Positions 31,418 to 40,507 of a stretch of 64,000 nucleotides of DNA are shown here, in pieces; the first letter of the stretch is position 1; each line of letters starts with the position of its first letter. The DNA lies in NCBI GenBank assembly GCA_963663965.2, contig CAXXFK010000020.1, positions 290,392 to 354,391 of the forward strand, in the 5' to 3' direction. The notes beneath the pieces are model-generated. The model was given only the letters and a program-made list of their open reading frames with translations. It was not told the origin of the DNA and ran no database searches. This stretch comes from Sedimentisphaerales bacterium (lineage in GTDB: Bacteria > Planctomycetota > Phycisphaerae > Sedimentisphaerales > SM23-30). The translations under genes and the position numbers were made by a program.

Positions 31418-32101
31418 TCAGCCTCATTTAAATTTGGACCAACCTCCCCCACCCCCTTTTCTTCCGTATATTTATAGACGGTGTATTCAGTGGAAAAATA
31501 CGGCCGTTCCTCCGGCCACTCCGATTTTTCTCGGCGACCTCGGTGATCTCTGTGGTAAAATTCTTTTCTTAAATCAGAAAATCCGACAAACATCCTCCCT
31601 CCAACAATCAAACCAAATCCCAAACTTCCATCTCCTGACAACAATTCCCTGTCTTGAACTCTTTCCATATCAGCCACTCAAACCAGTTCAATATCAAACC
31701 TGCAAACACCCACCCATCATACCACCCCGCCCGCTCCCGTCAATCCCAATCCGCCACCACATCTGGGCCGCCCAATTTCGCCCACACATATCCCACCATG
31801 CCAAACGAAGCCAATCCTGCCTATTTTAACAGCCCACCGTCCACTCAGCCATCCCCATCATCCGCCATCTCCCACCCAGATAAAACAAACCCAATGCTAA
31901 AATCACCAATTTTTAAACCCATTGGGGTAAGGCAGTTAACCCCGGTTCCAAACGAACCCAATTCCCCCTATTCCAACGTTACAGATTTCCTATAAAAGCA
32001 CCATCTATCCTATGGATTCCCAGCGCGCCCTCGAGTACAATACCAGCCAGAATAGAATCTTACCCCTTAACCATAAAGCAGTTATTAACAGGGACTACCC
32101 C

Positions 32102-34438
32102 ATGCTCAAATCATCATGCCTCTTTACCCTGCTGGCGCTTATCGCTTCAATCACCCTGGCCCAACCCGCCACCCTGACCTCACCGGACGGCACGGTCCGG
32201 CTGACCCTGACCGCCAACCCCCAGCTGTCCTGGTCTGTCACCATGGACAATCAGCCCATCATCCTCGATTCCCCCCTGACTATCGAACTTACCGACGGGA
32301 CCATCCTCGGCAACGACGTCCAGATCCTCTCCCGGCAACCAGCCCAATCCAGCCAGACCTGGCGCCCCGTCGTCGGCCGCAAATCCACCATCGTCGATCA
32401 CCACCACCAACTCACCCTGCGCCTCCGGCAAACCAGCGCCTCCAATCTGGAATACACCCTTATCTGCCGCGCTTTTAACGATGGGGTCGCCTTCCGCTAC
32501 CTGTTCGACCAGCCCGCCACCCTCGCCATCAAAGAAGAACACACCCAGTTCACCTTCCCCGGTAACTATACCTGCTGGCCCGCCTTTCTCAACAGCTACA
32601 ATACCGAACACCAGGCCCTCTACCCCAAAGAAACCCTCTCGGCCATCTCTCCCGAAGACATCATCGGCCCGCCCCTGACCATTCAGATCGCCCCCAACCG
32701 GTTCTGCTCCATTACCGAAGCCGCCCTCACCAACTGGTCCGGCATGTACCTCACCCGCCCCGGCCAGTCCCAACTGCTGGTCCAGTCCGACGCCTTCGTC
32801 GGCGGCGGCCAACCCTTCAACTTCCACCAGACCATCCCCGACAACGCCGACAAAATCCGTTTCGTCATCGAAGCCCTCGACGGCAACAGTCACGACCATG
32901 TCGATATTGCCAACGCCCGCCTGATTAATCCCGCCAGCGGCAAGTCCATCTGGCTCAGCGACTTAAAACCCACCGTCGCGCGTCAGGAATGGGGCAGCCT
33001 CAAACTGGATCGCAGTGTCGATAACAACCCCATCACCATCGCCAACAAAACCTACCCCAAAGGGCTCGGTACCCACGCCGGCGCCGTAATCACCTACCCA
33101 ATCCCCGCCGGCTACACCGAAATCGCCGGCAGCGTCGGCATCGACTCCGAAGTGGAAAACCGCGGCCGCGCCCGAATGTTGTTATACGCCGTCCCAGAAC
33201 CCACCGGCGACCACATCACCCTGAAAACCACCCTCTCCCGTACCACCGACAATCCTGCCTCCGTCACCGTCAAAACACCCCAGGCCTCCCCTTGGCGTGT
33301 ACTAATGCTCGGCCGCACCGCCGCCGATCTGGTCAACTCCGACATCGTCCTGAACCTCAACGAACCCTCCCGAATTGCCGACACCTCCTGGATCCAGTCC
33401 GGCGTCTCCAGCTGGAACTGGCTCAGTTGCGGCGGCGATATGGACATGGCCCTGCTCAAAAGCTTTATCGACCTGTCCGCGTCCATGGGCTGGGAATACA
33501 CCCTCATCGATGATGGCTGGTACCAAAATTGGAACTGCACCACCAGTATCAACAAGCTCAATATCCCCGCCCTGGTCGATTACGCCCGTCAACGCAACGT
33601 CAAACTCTGGCTCTGGGTCCATTGGCAGGCCCTCGACCGCCGCCTCGAAGAAGCCTTCACCCTCTACCAGCAATGGGGCATTGCCGGCGTCAAAACCGAT
33701 TTCATGGCCCGCGATGACCAGTGGATGGTCAACTGGTACCAAAAAGTCCTGGCCTCCGCCGCTGAACACAAGCTTATGATCAACTTCCACGGCTGCTACA
33801 AACCCACCGGCCTGCGGCGCACCTGGCCCAACCTGATGACGCGCGAAGCCATCTATGGCGAAGAACAGAACCTCGGCTCCCGCCAGAACGATCCCATCCA
33901 CAAAACCACCCTCCCCTTCACCCGCATGCTGGCCGGCCCGATGGACTACACTCCCGGCAGTATGCTCAACGAAACCAGCGATACCTGGTCCGCCGGCCGC
34001 CCGGTTAAAACCCTCGGTACCCGCTGCCAGGAACTGGCGCTCTGTGTGATCTACGATAATCCGATCCTGTCCATGGCCGATAAACCCGAAAATTACGCCA
34101 ACCAGCCCGGCGTCGATTTCCTCAAAAACCTCCCCGCCACCTGGGACGACACCAAAGTGCTTAACGGCGAAATCGGCCAGTACATCACCACCGCCCGCAA
34201 ATCCGGCAACACCTGGTATCTCGCCGCCATAACCAACTGGGACAAACGCAAATTGAACATCCCCCTGTCCTTTTTAAGTTCCGGACGCCACCAGGTAACT
34301 CTATACCAGGACGGCCCTGACGCCGCAAAAAACGCCCGCGATCTTGTTCGGTCCGAACAAACCGTCACCGCCCAGGACACCCTGTCGATCCCCTTGGCGC
34401 CCGGTGGTGGTTTTGTGGCAACGTTCCAGCAACGCTGA
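32102..34438 (+). CDS. Glycoside hydrolase family 97 (probably retaining type) with an inserted NPCBM domain
   Basis: LTSPDG, RAFNDGVAFRY, SPWRV, DDGW, GVKTDFM, NFHG..KPTGLRRTWPN, PFTRMLAGPMDYTPG, P.TWDDT and LAPGGGF. The Asp in VKTDF matches retaining GH97 enzymes. Confidence 0.92.
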   Translation: MLKSSCLFTLLALIASITLAQPATLTSPDGTVRLTLTANPQLSWSVTMDNQPIILDSPLTIELTDGTILGNDVQILSRQPAQSSQTWRPVVGRKSTIVDHHHQLTLRLRQTSASNLEYTLICRAFNDGVAFRYLFDQPATLAIKEEHTQFTFPGNYTCWPAFLNSYNTEHQALYPKETLSAISPEDIIGPPLTIQIAPNRFCSITEAALTNWSGMYLTRPGQSQLLVQSDAFVGGGQPFNFHQTIPDNADKIRFVIEALDGNSHDHVDIANARLINPASGKSIWLSDLKPTVARQEWGSLKLDRSVDNNPITIANKTYPKGLGTHAGAVITYPIPAGYTEIAGSVGIDSEVENRGRARMLLYAVPEPTGDHITLKTTLSRTTDNPASVTVKTPQASPWRVLMLGRTAADLVNSDIVLNLNEPSRIADTSWIQSGVSSWNWLSCGGDMDMALLKSFIDLSASMGWEYTLIDDGWYQNWNCTTSINKLNIPALVDYARQRNVKLWLWVHWQALDRRLEEAFTLYQQWGIAGVKTDFMARDDQWMVNWYQKVLASAAEHKLMINFHGCYKPTGLRRTWPNLMTREAIYGEEQNLGSRQNDPIHKTTLPFTRMLAGPMDYTPGSMLNETSDTWSAGRPVKTLGTRCQELALCVIYDNPILSMADKPENYANQPGVDFLKNLPATWDDTKVLNGEIGQYITTARKSGNTWYLAAITNWDKRKLNIPLSFLSSGRHQVTLYQDGPDAAKNARDLVRSEQTVTAQDTLSIPLAPGGGFVATFQQR

Positions 34439-34447
34439 TAAAACCTG

Positions 34448-36556
34448 CTACTTACCAAGGTTAAGCCGGATCAGGTTGATAAACATCTCCGCGTCTACTA
34501 CCCGGACATCCGGACCCAGCAGTTTGACCGCCTCGCTGATATCATCCAAACCCTTGCTCCAGGCATGTACCGTGACAAAGGTATACCCATCCGGGCTCTC
34601 CGGATTCTTCGGCATGGCGTTGATACTGTCCGCCAGCGCCTGGGGGCTCGATCTGACCGCTGAATAAAACTCTTCACTGCGGAAATCAAACCGCGCCGTC
34701 ACCATTGGCTTGCCATCGAACCAGAATATCCGCCCGCCATGCGGCGCGTATCGAACATATTCCATATAAAACAAACCCCGGAGCTGTTCCATCCCGGTAA
34801 ACCACTTTGCTTTTTCATAATAACTCTCATCCAGTTCCGCGTCCGGCATCACCCGGTCAATCAGCAGGAGCGTCCGCAGATCGGCCCGTTTCAGAAATCC
34901 TTCCAGCCGCTGCGTATGAGTCTGCAGATAAGGCGCCACACTGGGATAAAAATAGCCCAGACCACAATACGCCACAAACGCCTCATTGGGCTTGGCGTCC
35001 CGATACCACATATCCACTCCCGCCGGTGACAACTCCACCAGCGACGGCGCCATTCCCCAGCTCATGGGAAACTCGCCCCGATGCGAATTACGATAAAATT
35101 TCCGGGTGGAATAAAAAGAATTCGTCCCGATCTCAGTTAAAATATTATCCATATCACTCATGATAAACGTGACATAATGAACCCCTTTTTCCCGCTTCGG
35201 CGGTTGACGGTCCAGCTGATGCGAAAAGTTTTTTTCTTTCAATACCGGCCCCATCGCCGCGTGCACCGACAGATTCAGCATCCAGTCGCTGGGCATCTGA
35301 AACAACCCTTCCTCCGAGTGAAATTTGACCGTCAAACCTTCATCACTCGTCGTCGGGTCCTGCCAGCCATACACCGGGCTGCACGGCGCCGTCTGGCGAT
35401 AAACCGCGCGCGAGGTGTCTTTATCCCGATACCACCAGTCCAGACATTGCAGCGCCGGCCCCCAGTCCCGCAAATGATAAGCGCTGCGATGCTGACGCAG
35501 ATCGTTGGTATGTACAATAATCGCGTCATCATTTAATTTTTCGCGATATGTTTCATAAACCCAGCGACAATCCTTCCCCCGTACATCCGCTGCCAATGTA
35601 TAACCTTTCTCGCGGGCGGCGTCCTCCAACCGCACATCGATCGCCACGCCATCCAGCAAACCCGCCACCGTGGTCGCCGCCGTAATCGATGGCTTGTCAT
35701 AAATATCGTACAATACATACGTTCCGCTGGTACAGGACTTCAATTCACCGAGAATCGCAGCAAAATCACGGGCAAAACGACGGTCAAAGCGAATGCCATA
35801 ATTTTCCGTTAGAAAATCAACAAAAGTATTATCACCCGCGTCAATCCAGACTCGCGGCCCGGTTGTCCGCGCCGCTACCCCTTGCAACGTCTGCATCGCG
35901 ATCGCCTCACCACCGGCCCGGCTGTTCATCGTATACACCAGCAGCGTATCCCCTTCGGACATTGGCTTGATTTTACCATACAACGGCTGATAACAGATTT
36001 CCCGATACACAGCAATATTATCCAAAGCCATCGAATCGGCATGGGTCGTATTCTGTAAACCGAAAACCAGTTCGATAAAATAAGCATCACTCGCCGCCAC
36101 CATTTCCTGCCGGCAATGCTGCCACTGGCCTTTGGTATTGGTAAGTTCAAACCGGGATTCACCCGCGAAACTCCTGTCATATTGATAATACCGAACCGCC
36201 ACCGCCGCTCTGCTTTCCCGGTCAAAACCTTGCGCCGGAGTTTTCAGATCATATTCCACACAAATCGTTTCCGACCGCCGCACCGGCATCCACTCCGAAC
36301 GGAGTTCCGCCAGCGCCCCTTTACCCGGTGTCAGTTCAAAACAGGCTTCACCCGCCGAGCTGCTTTTTCCTAAAGTAACCGCCCCATTGGCCGTCCATCC
36401 TCTCAACCCGGATTCCGCATTGCCATTAGACAAAGGACTGTATGAAAGATCAAATTCAACGGCCGACACTATACCGGTCAGCCCAAATAACAATAAAACA
36501 GCCAGTAAATGGTTAATGTTGTTGAATTGGTTTTGCCTGATTGAACAATGCATCAT
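34448..36556 (-). CDS. GxGYxYP-motif putative glycoside hydrolase with an N-terminal CBM-like domain
   Basis: GLGYFYP motif, TLQGVAAR, YVTFIMSDMDN and VHAWS; signal peptide; AGGAG RBS. Confidence 0.8.
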   Translation of the reverse strand: MMHCSIRQNQFNNINHLLAVLLLFGLTGIVSAVEFDLSYSPLSNGNAESGLRGWTANGAVTLGKSSSAGEACFELTPGKGALAELRSEWMPVRRSETICVEYDLKTPAQGFDRESRAAVAVRYYQYDRSFAGESRFELTNTKGQWQHCRQEMVAASDAYFIELVFGLQNTTHADSMALDNIAVYREICYQPLYGKIKPMSEGDTLLVYTMNSRAGGEAIAMQTLQGVAARTTGPRVWIDAGDNTFVDFLTENYGIRFDRRFARDFAAILGELKSCTSGTYVLYDIYDKPSITAATTVAGLLDGVAIDVRLEDAAREKGYTLAADVRGKDCRWVYETYREKLNDDAIIVHTNDLRQHRSAYHLRDWGPALQCLDWWYRDKDTSRAVYRQTAPCSPVYGWQDPTTSDEGLTVKFHSEEGLFQMPSDWMLNLSVHAAMGPVLKEKNFSHQLDRQPPKREKGVHYVTFIMSDMDNILTEIGTNSFYSTRKFYRNSHRGEFPMSWGMAPSLVELSPAGVDMWYRDAKPNEAFVAYCGLGYFYPSVAPYLQTHTQRLEGFLKRADLRTLLLIDRVMPDAELDESYYEKAKWFTGMEQLRGLFYMEYVRYAPHGGRIFWFDGKPMVTARFDFRSEEFYSAVRSSPQALADSINAMPKNPESPDGYTFVTVHAWSKGLDDISEAVKLLGPDVRVVDAEMFINLIRLNLGK

Positions 36557-36593
36557 AAAACTCCTGCTATTTGACGGAATCACTTCTGTTTGA

Positions 36594-36630
36594 CAAAAAG
36601 GGCGCCCCCAATCAATTGAGAGTCGCCCTT
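36594..36630 (-). terminator. Terminator-like hairpin between the GH125 and GxGYxYP genes
   Basis: AAGGGCG...CGCCCTT stem with a T-run on the minus strand. Confidence 0.6.
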
Positions 36631-36665
36631 AATATTTTTCTGCGTGTTATAACGTGAACTGGCTA

Positions 36666-38105
36666 TCAGATATTGCTGATTTTCAGCAATTCCGGGTAAT
36701 CCTGATGTACATTGACAATCAATTCGCCAAACAGGGTGTTGGCCCAGGCAAACCATTTGCGCGAGAAGTTTTCCGGATTGTCCTTATTAAACGATTCATG
36801 CATAAACCCAGTGCCGGCATGGGTCGCCTTGAGCATATGCAGGCACTGGCGAATTTCATTTTTATCCCGGCTGGTCAGGGCTCGTAAAATAATACCCATC
36901 GGCCAGATCGAGTGTTTGCCGGTATGCGGACTGCCATAACCTTCGGCCGCCTTGCCGTGTACGTACCAGGGATTGTCGTCACTCATCAGATACCGCCGGG
37001 TACGCTGGTAAATGGCATCACCTGGATCATGCACACCCAGATACCCCATCGACATCAGACTGGGCACATTGGCATCATCAATAAACAGCATATTGCCATA
37101 GCCATCCGCTTCATAAGCATAGATTTGACCATAATTCAAATGCTCAGCCGTACCCCATTTCATGATCGCATCTTTGACTTCCGCGGCGAGTACAAGGCAT
37201 TCTTTGGCAAATTTGGGCTCTTTCAGGGCATCGGTATAAATCTCCGCCAGCTGGGTCAGCACCTGTACCGCAAACAGATTCGACGGAACCAGAAACGGCA
37301 ATACCGTGGCATCATCCGAAGGACGGAACATCGAACAGATCATTCCAACAGGTCGGGAGGGCCGTCCGGTACCATCAAAGACCGGCGCGTCTGTCATACG
37401 CGAAGTAACCCGAATGAACCGGTAAGGGCTGGTGCCATCCTTGCGCTGCTCAGTCTTGAAAGTCGCAACGATCAGTCGCATCGCCCGGTCCCAGTCTTTG
37501 TCAAAACTGGTAATGTCGCCGGTGATCTTATAATAGCCATAAGCCAGCCGGACCACATAACAAAGCGAATCGACCTCGAATTTGCGCTCATGAACGCCGG
37601 GAGTCAATTTCGGACGGTCATCTTTCCATTCCGAAATCCGGTTCACATCTTTATAAAAGGCGTTGGCGTATGGATCCAGCAGCACACACTTGGCCTGGCG
37701 GTTAATCAAGCCTTTAATCATCAGACGCAGTTTTTCATCATCATGCACCAGCGGCATATACGGCCACACCTGGCAGGTGGAATCCCGCAGCCACATGGCA
37801 TCGATATCGCCGGTAATGATAAACGTGTCCGGTTTGCCATCGATCACTTCATAATCGGTCGTGGTATCCAGCGTATTGGGATAGCAGTTCTCAAACACCC
37901 AGGCCAGCTCCGGATCCTTCATGACGGCTTTGACCTCTTCGATTTTCTTATCAACAGCCTCACTGACAAAGGTGCGTTTATTTTTCGGAGGACGATTAGA
38001 CACAAAATCACCGGCCGCTGCCTGCGCCAGCATGGAAGTTCCGGCCAGTCCCAAACCCAGGGTGGTGGCTGAACCGGTCTTTAAAAATTCACGTCGGGTA
38101 AACAT
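36666..38105 (-). CDS. GH125 exo-alpha-1,6-mannosidase, Tat-exported
   Basis: TRREFLK signal; NCYPNTLDTT, ITGDIDAMWLRDS, ERKFEVDSL, DDANVPSL and WFAWAN.LFGEL. Confidence 0.93.
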   Translation of the reverse strand: MFTRREFLKTGSATTLGLGLAGTSMLAQAAAGDFVSNRPPKNKRTFVSEAVDKKIEEVKAVMKDPELAWVFENCYPNTLDTTTDYEVIDGKPDTFIITGDIDAMWLRDSTCQVWPYMPLVHDDEKLRLMIKGLINRQAKCVLLDPYANAFYKDVNRISEWKDDRPKLTPGVHERKFEVDSLCYVVRLAYGYYKITGDITSFDKDWDRAMRLIVATFKTEQRKDGTSPYRFIRVTSRMTDAPVFDGTGRPSRPVGMICSMFRPSDDATVLPFLVPSNLFAVQVLTQLAEIYTDALKEPKFAKECLVLAAEVKDAIMKWGTAEHLNYGQIYAYEADGYGNMLFIDDANVPSLMSMGYLGVHDPGDAIYQRTRRYLMSDDNPWYVHGKAAEGYGSPHTGKHSIWPMGIILRALTSRDKNEIRQCLHMLKATHAGTGFMHESFNKDNPENFSRKWFAWANTLFGELIVNVHQDYPELLKISNI

Positions 38106-38148
38106 ATTGGCACTCCTGTATTAATTAGATTTCTTATAAACTTTTTCA

Positions 38149-39252
38149 CTAACTGTCCAGCTGCTTCAATGCGAAAGCGTAAGCCCCGATTGAAACCGCC
38201 TGGCTGGTATCGAGCACAGCCCGGCCAATTCCCAGCCGCTTGAGCGAATCGTATTGCATTGTCTTCTGGGAACCTGGCACTTGAATCGTCTTGACTTTGC
38301 CCGTAATAAACTCTTTGCAGGCGTCTGAATTTTCCAGATCATAACTTTTCTGCACGATACGCGGCAGTTTGTCGCCGCTGTAACTCTCAATCGTACCATT
38401 CATCAGATCCAGTATCGACTGGATAAACAGCGGATAGGCATTGGCCAAACCGCCGCCGATGACAATCAATCCATCCAGCAGGGTAATTGCGTTGGCCAGC
38501 GCGTCACCAATCACTTCGCCCATCTCGGCAAAGGCCTGCAACGCCGCTTCTTTGTTGCCTTCCTGTTTGCCCAGTCCGATTTCGTAAATATCTTTGGGCT
38601 CAGGCGCCTGGGCAACATCAATCCCGGCCACCCGGGCATAGGTTCCCTTCACCGCGCGGATACTCACGCCTTCTTCCGCAAAACACTTGGGATGAAGCTT
38701 GTTACGGGTAATCCAGATCTCGCCCGCCGCCGAATTGTCGCCGATATAGAGCTGGCCATCCGCCACCAGGCCACCGCCAAAACCGGTCCCCAGGGTAATA
38801 CCAAACAGCTTGTTATACTGCTTGGGTGAGCCGGCATCCTTCAGCATCTGGTTAACCTTCGGCAGCAAGCCGCCAATCGCCTCGCCATAGACAAACAGGT
38901 CGCCGTCATTGTTGATAAATACCGGTATCCCGAATTTATCCTGCAGAAACGGACCCAGCGCAACTCCGCCGCCATAGGCAGGCAGGTTGCCCATATTGTC
39001 AATAATCCCATTGGGATAATCCGCCGGACCCGGAAACGCAAAACTGATCGCCACCGGCTTTTGATCCAGTTGCTCGATCACCTGACTGAAACCCCGGACC
39101 ATCGAATCCAGACTCTTATCCAGCTCTTTAGCATGAGCCGGCAGGCGAACCGGTGTTGCCACTTCTTTCATCCCCTGGATGGCCGAAAATACAAAATTCG
39201 TACCGCCGGCGTCAAGGGTTAAAACAATGCGTTGATCATTCATATTACTCAT
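38149..39252 (-). CDS. ROK-family sugar kinase
   Basis: LDAGGTN, FPGPADY, INNDGD and TLGTGFGGG. Confidence 0.9.
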   Translation of the reverse strand: MSNMNDQRIVLTLDAGGTNFVFSAIQGMKEVATPVRLPAHAKELDKSLDSMVRGFSQVIEQLDQKPVAISFAFPGPADYPNGIIDNMGNLPAYGGGVALGPFLQDKFGIPVFINNDGDLFVYGEAIGGLLPKVNQMLKDAGSPKQYNKLFGITLGTGFGGGLVADGQLYIGDNSAAGEIWITRNKLHPKCFAEEGVSIRAVKGTYARVAGIDVAQAPEPKDIYEIGLGKQEGNKEAALQAFAEMGEVIGDALANAITLLDGLIVIGGGLANAYPLFIQSILDLMNGTIESYSGDKLPRIVQKSYDLENSDACKEFITGKVKTIQVPGSQKTMQYDSLKRLGIGRAVLDTSQAVSIGAYAFALKQLDS

Positions 39253-39298
39253 GTTAGTTTATCCTTTCATGGCAAAACAGCCTGATATGGATGGTAGA

Positions 39299-40468
39299 TT
39301 ATTCTGATTGACAACAGGAACAAGAAGAATCCTTGGCTTTACTGCCTTTGAGCGACAGAATCAGTAAATATACAAAGCAGATGATGGGTATGACAAATGC
39401 CTTGGTTCCCCACTCGATATCAACCAGCTTGCCCATCACCAGCGGTACTAAAGCGCCGCCAGAGATAGCCATGCACATCAGACCGCTCAGTTCACTGCCA
39501 CGATCCGGGTCTTCTTCTACCGTGATCGAAAACAGCATGGGCCAGATATTGGCAAAGCCCAGACCGGCCGCCAGAACACCCACAAGCGCCAGACCCGGAT
39601 TGCCAAGCATTAATATGATCCCGCCGGCCAGACCCAGCGCCGCCGATAACCTGAAAAAGGTGCGGGGCGTCATAATCGTCAGTACGACACTACCCAGCAA
39701 CCGGCCGGCAGTCAGCATCAAGAAGAAAAACGGCGCGCCAAATTTTTTCGCGGTCGCTTCTTCCACTCCCATACCTTTTAGCATGGGCAGCAAAAACCGC
39801 CCCATGCTCGCTTCCGCGCCCACATAAAGAAATATACCCAGTACCGCCAAAGCAAACACCGGCTTTTTCAGCAAACTCAGGCTGGATCCGATACTCGGCG
39901 GCACATCGGCGCGCGTCTCTTCAATTTTAAGAGTCGCGACCCAGAAAAAAGCCACTGTCATCAGGATGAAGAAAATCGGGAACACACCACGCCATCCCAT
40001 GCCTTGAAACAAGGCGATTCCGACGATAGCGGTAACCAGATAAGACGAAACCGTACTACCGACGCCCTTGAAACCCTGGGCGAAGCTCAAGTTGCGGCCA
40101 TAGTTGCCCTCGGCGCTGACATCGCGCATAATCGGATTACCGGCTACCTGCAGGAAGGTTGTCCCCACGCCCAGCACAAAAATACAAGCTAATAACAGGG
40201 TGAAGCCCGGACTCATCAAACAGGGAATCAACATGGCCACGGCATTTAAGCCCAACCCCAACAGGAGCAGTTTCTTTTTGCCGATACGGGCTGCCAGAAT
40301 GCCGCCGGGCACACTGAATACTGCAAAAGCAATAAAAACAAAAAAGGATAGCAAGGTAGCCATCACATTGCTTAATTCATAATTCTCTTTAACAGCGTCT
40401 GACATTGGCCCCATGGCATCAGCGACGCCCATAACGAAAAAGGCTAACAGGATGGGTAAAGTCTTCAT
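39299..40468 (-). CDS. MFS sugar transporter (FucP/GluP-like)
   Basis: About 12 TM segments; LQVAGNP, GIFLYVGAE, ANIWP and AISGGALVP. Confidence 0.88.
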   Translation of the reverse strand: MKTLPILLAFFVMGVADAMGPMSDAVKENYELSNVMATLLSFFVFIAFAVFSVPGGILAARIGKKKLLLLGLGLNAVAMLIPCLMSPGFTLLLACIFVLGVGTTFLQVAGNPIMRDVSAEGNYGRNLSFAQGFKGVGSTVSSYLVTAIVGIALFQGMGWRGVFPIFFILMTVAFFWVATLKIEETRADVPPSIGSSLSLLKKPVFALAVLGIFLYVGAEASMGRFLLPMLKGMGVEEATAKKFGAPFFFLMLTAGRLLGSVVLTIMTPRTFFRLSAALGLAGGIILMLGNPGLALVGVLAAGLGFANIWPMLFSITVEEDPDRGSELSGLMCMAISGGALVPLVMGKLVDIEWGTKAFVIPIICFVYLLILSLKGSKAKDSSCSCCQSE

Positions 40469-40507
40469 AAGTTTCCTTTCAAAAAGTTTTTAAAGCTAAA
40501 AAACAAT

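Noticed and set aside
31418..31995. N-terminal extension of the 442-aa ORF and small ORFs at 31434 and 31654
   Set aside because: They read through intergenic repeat motifs and C-rich low-complexity DNA; not credible proteins.
36912..38072. 386-aa plus-strand ORF
   Set aside because: Antisense shadow of GH125.
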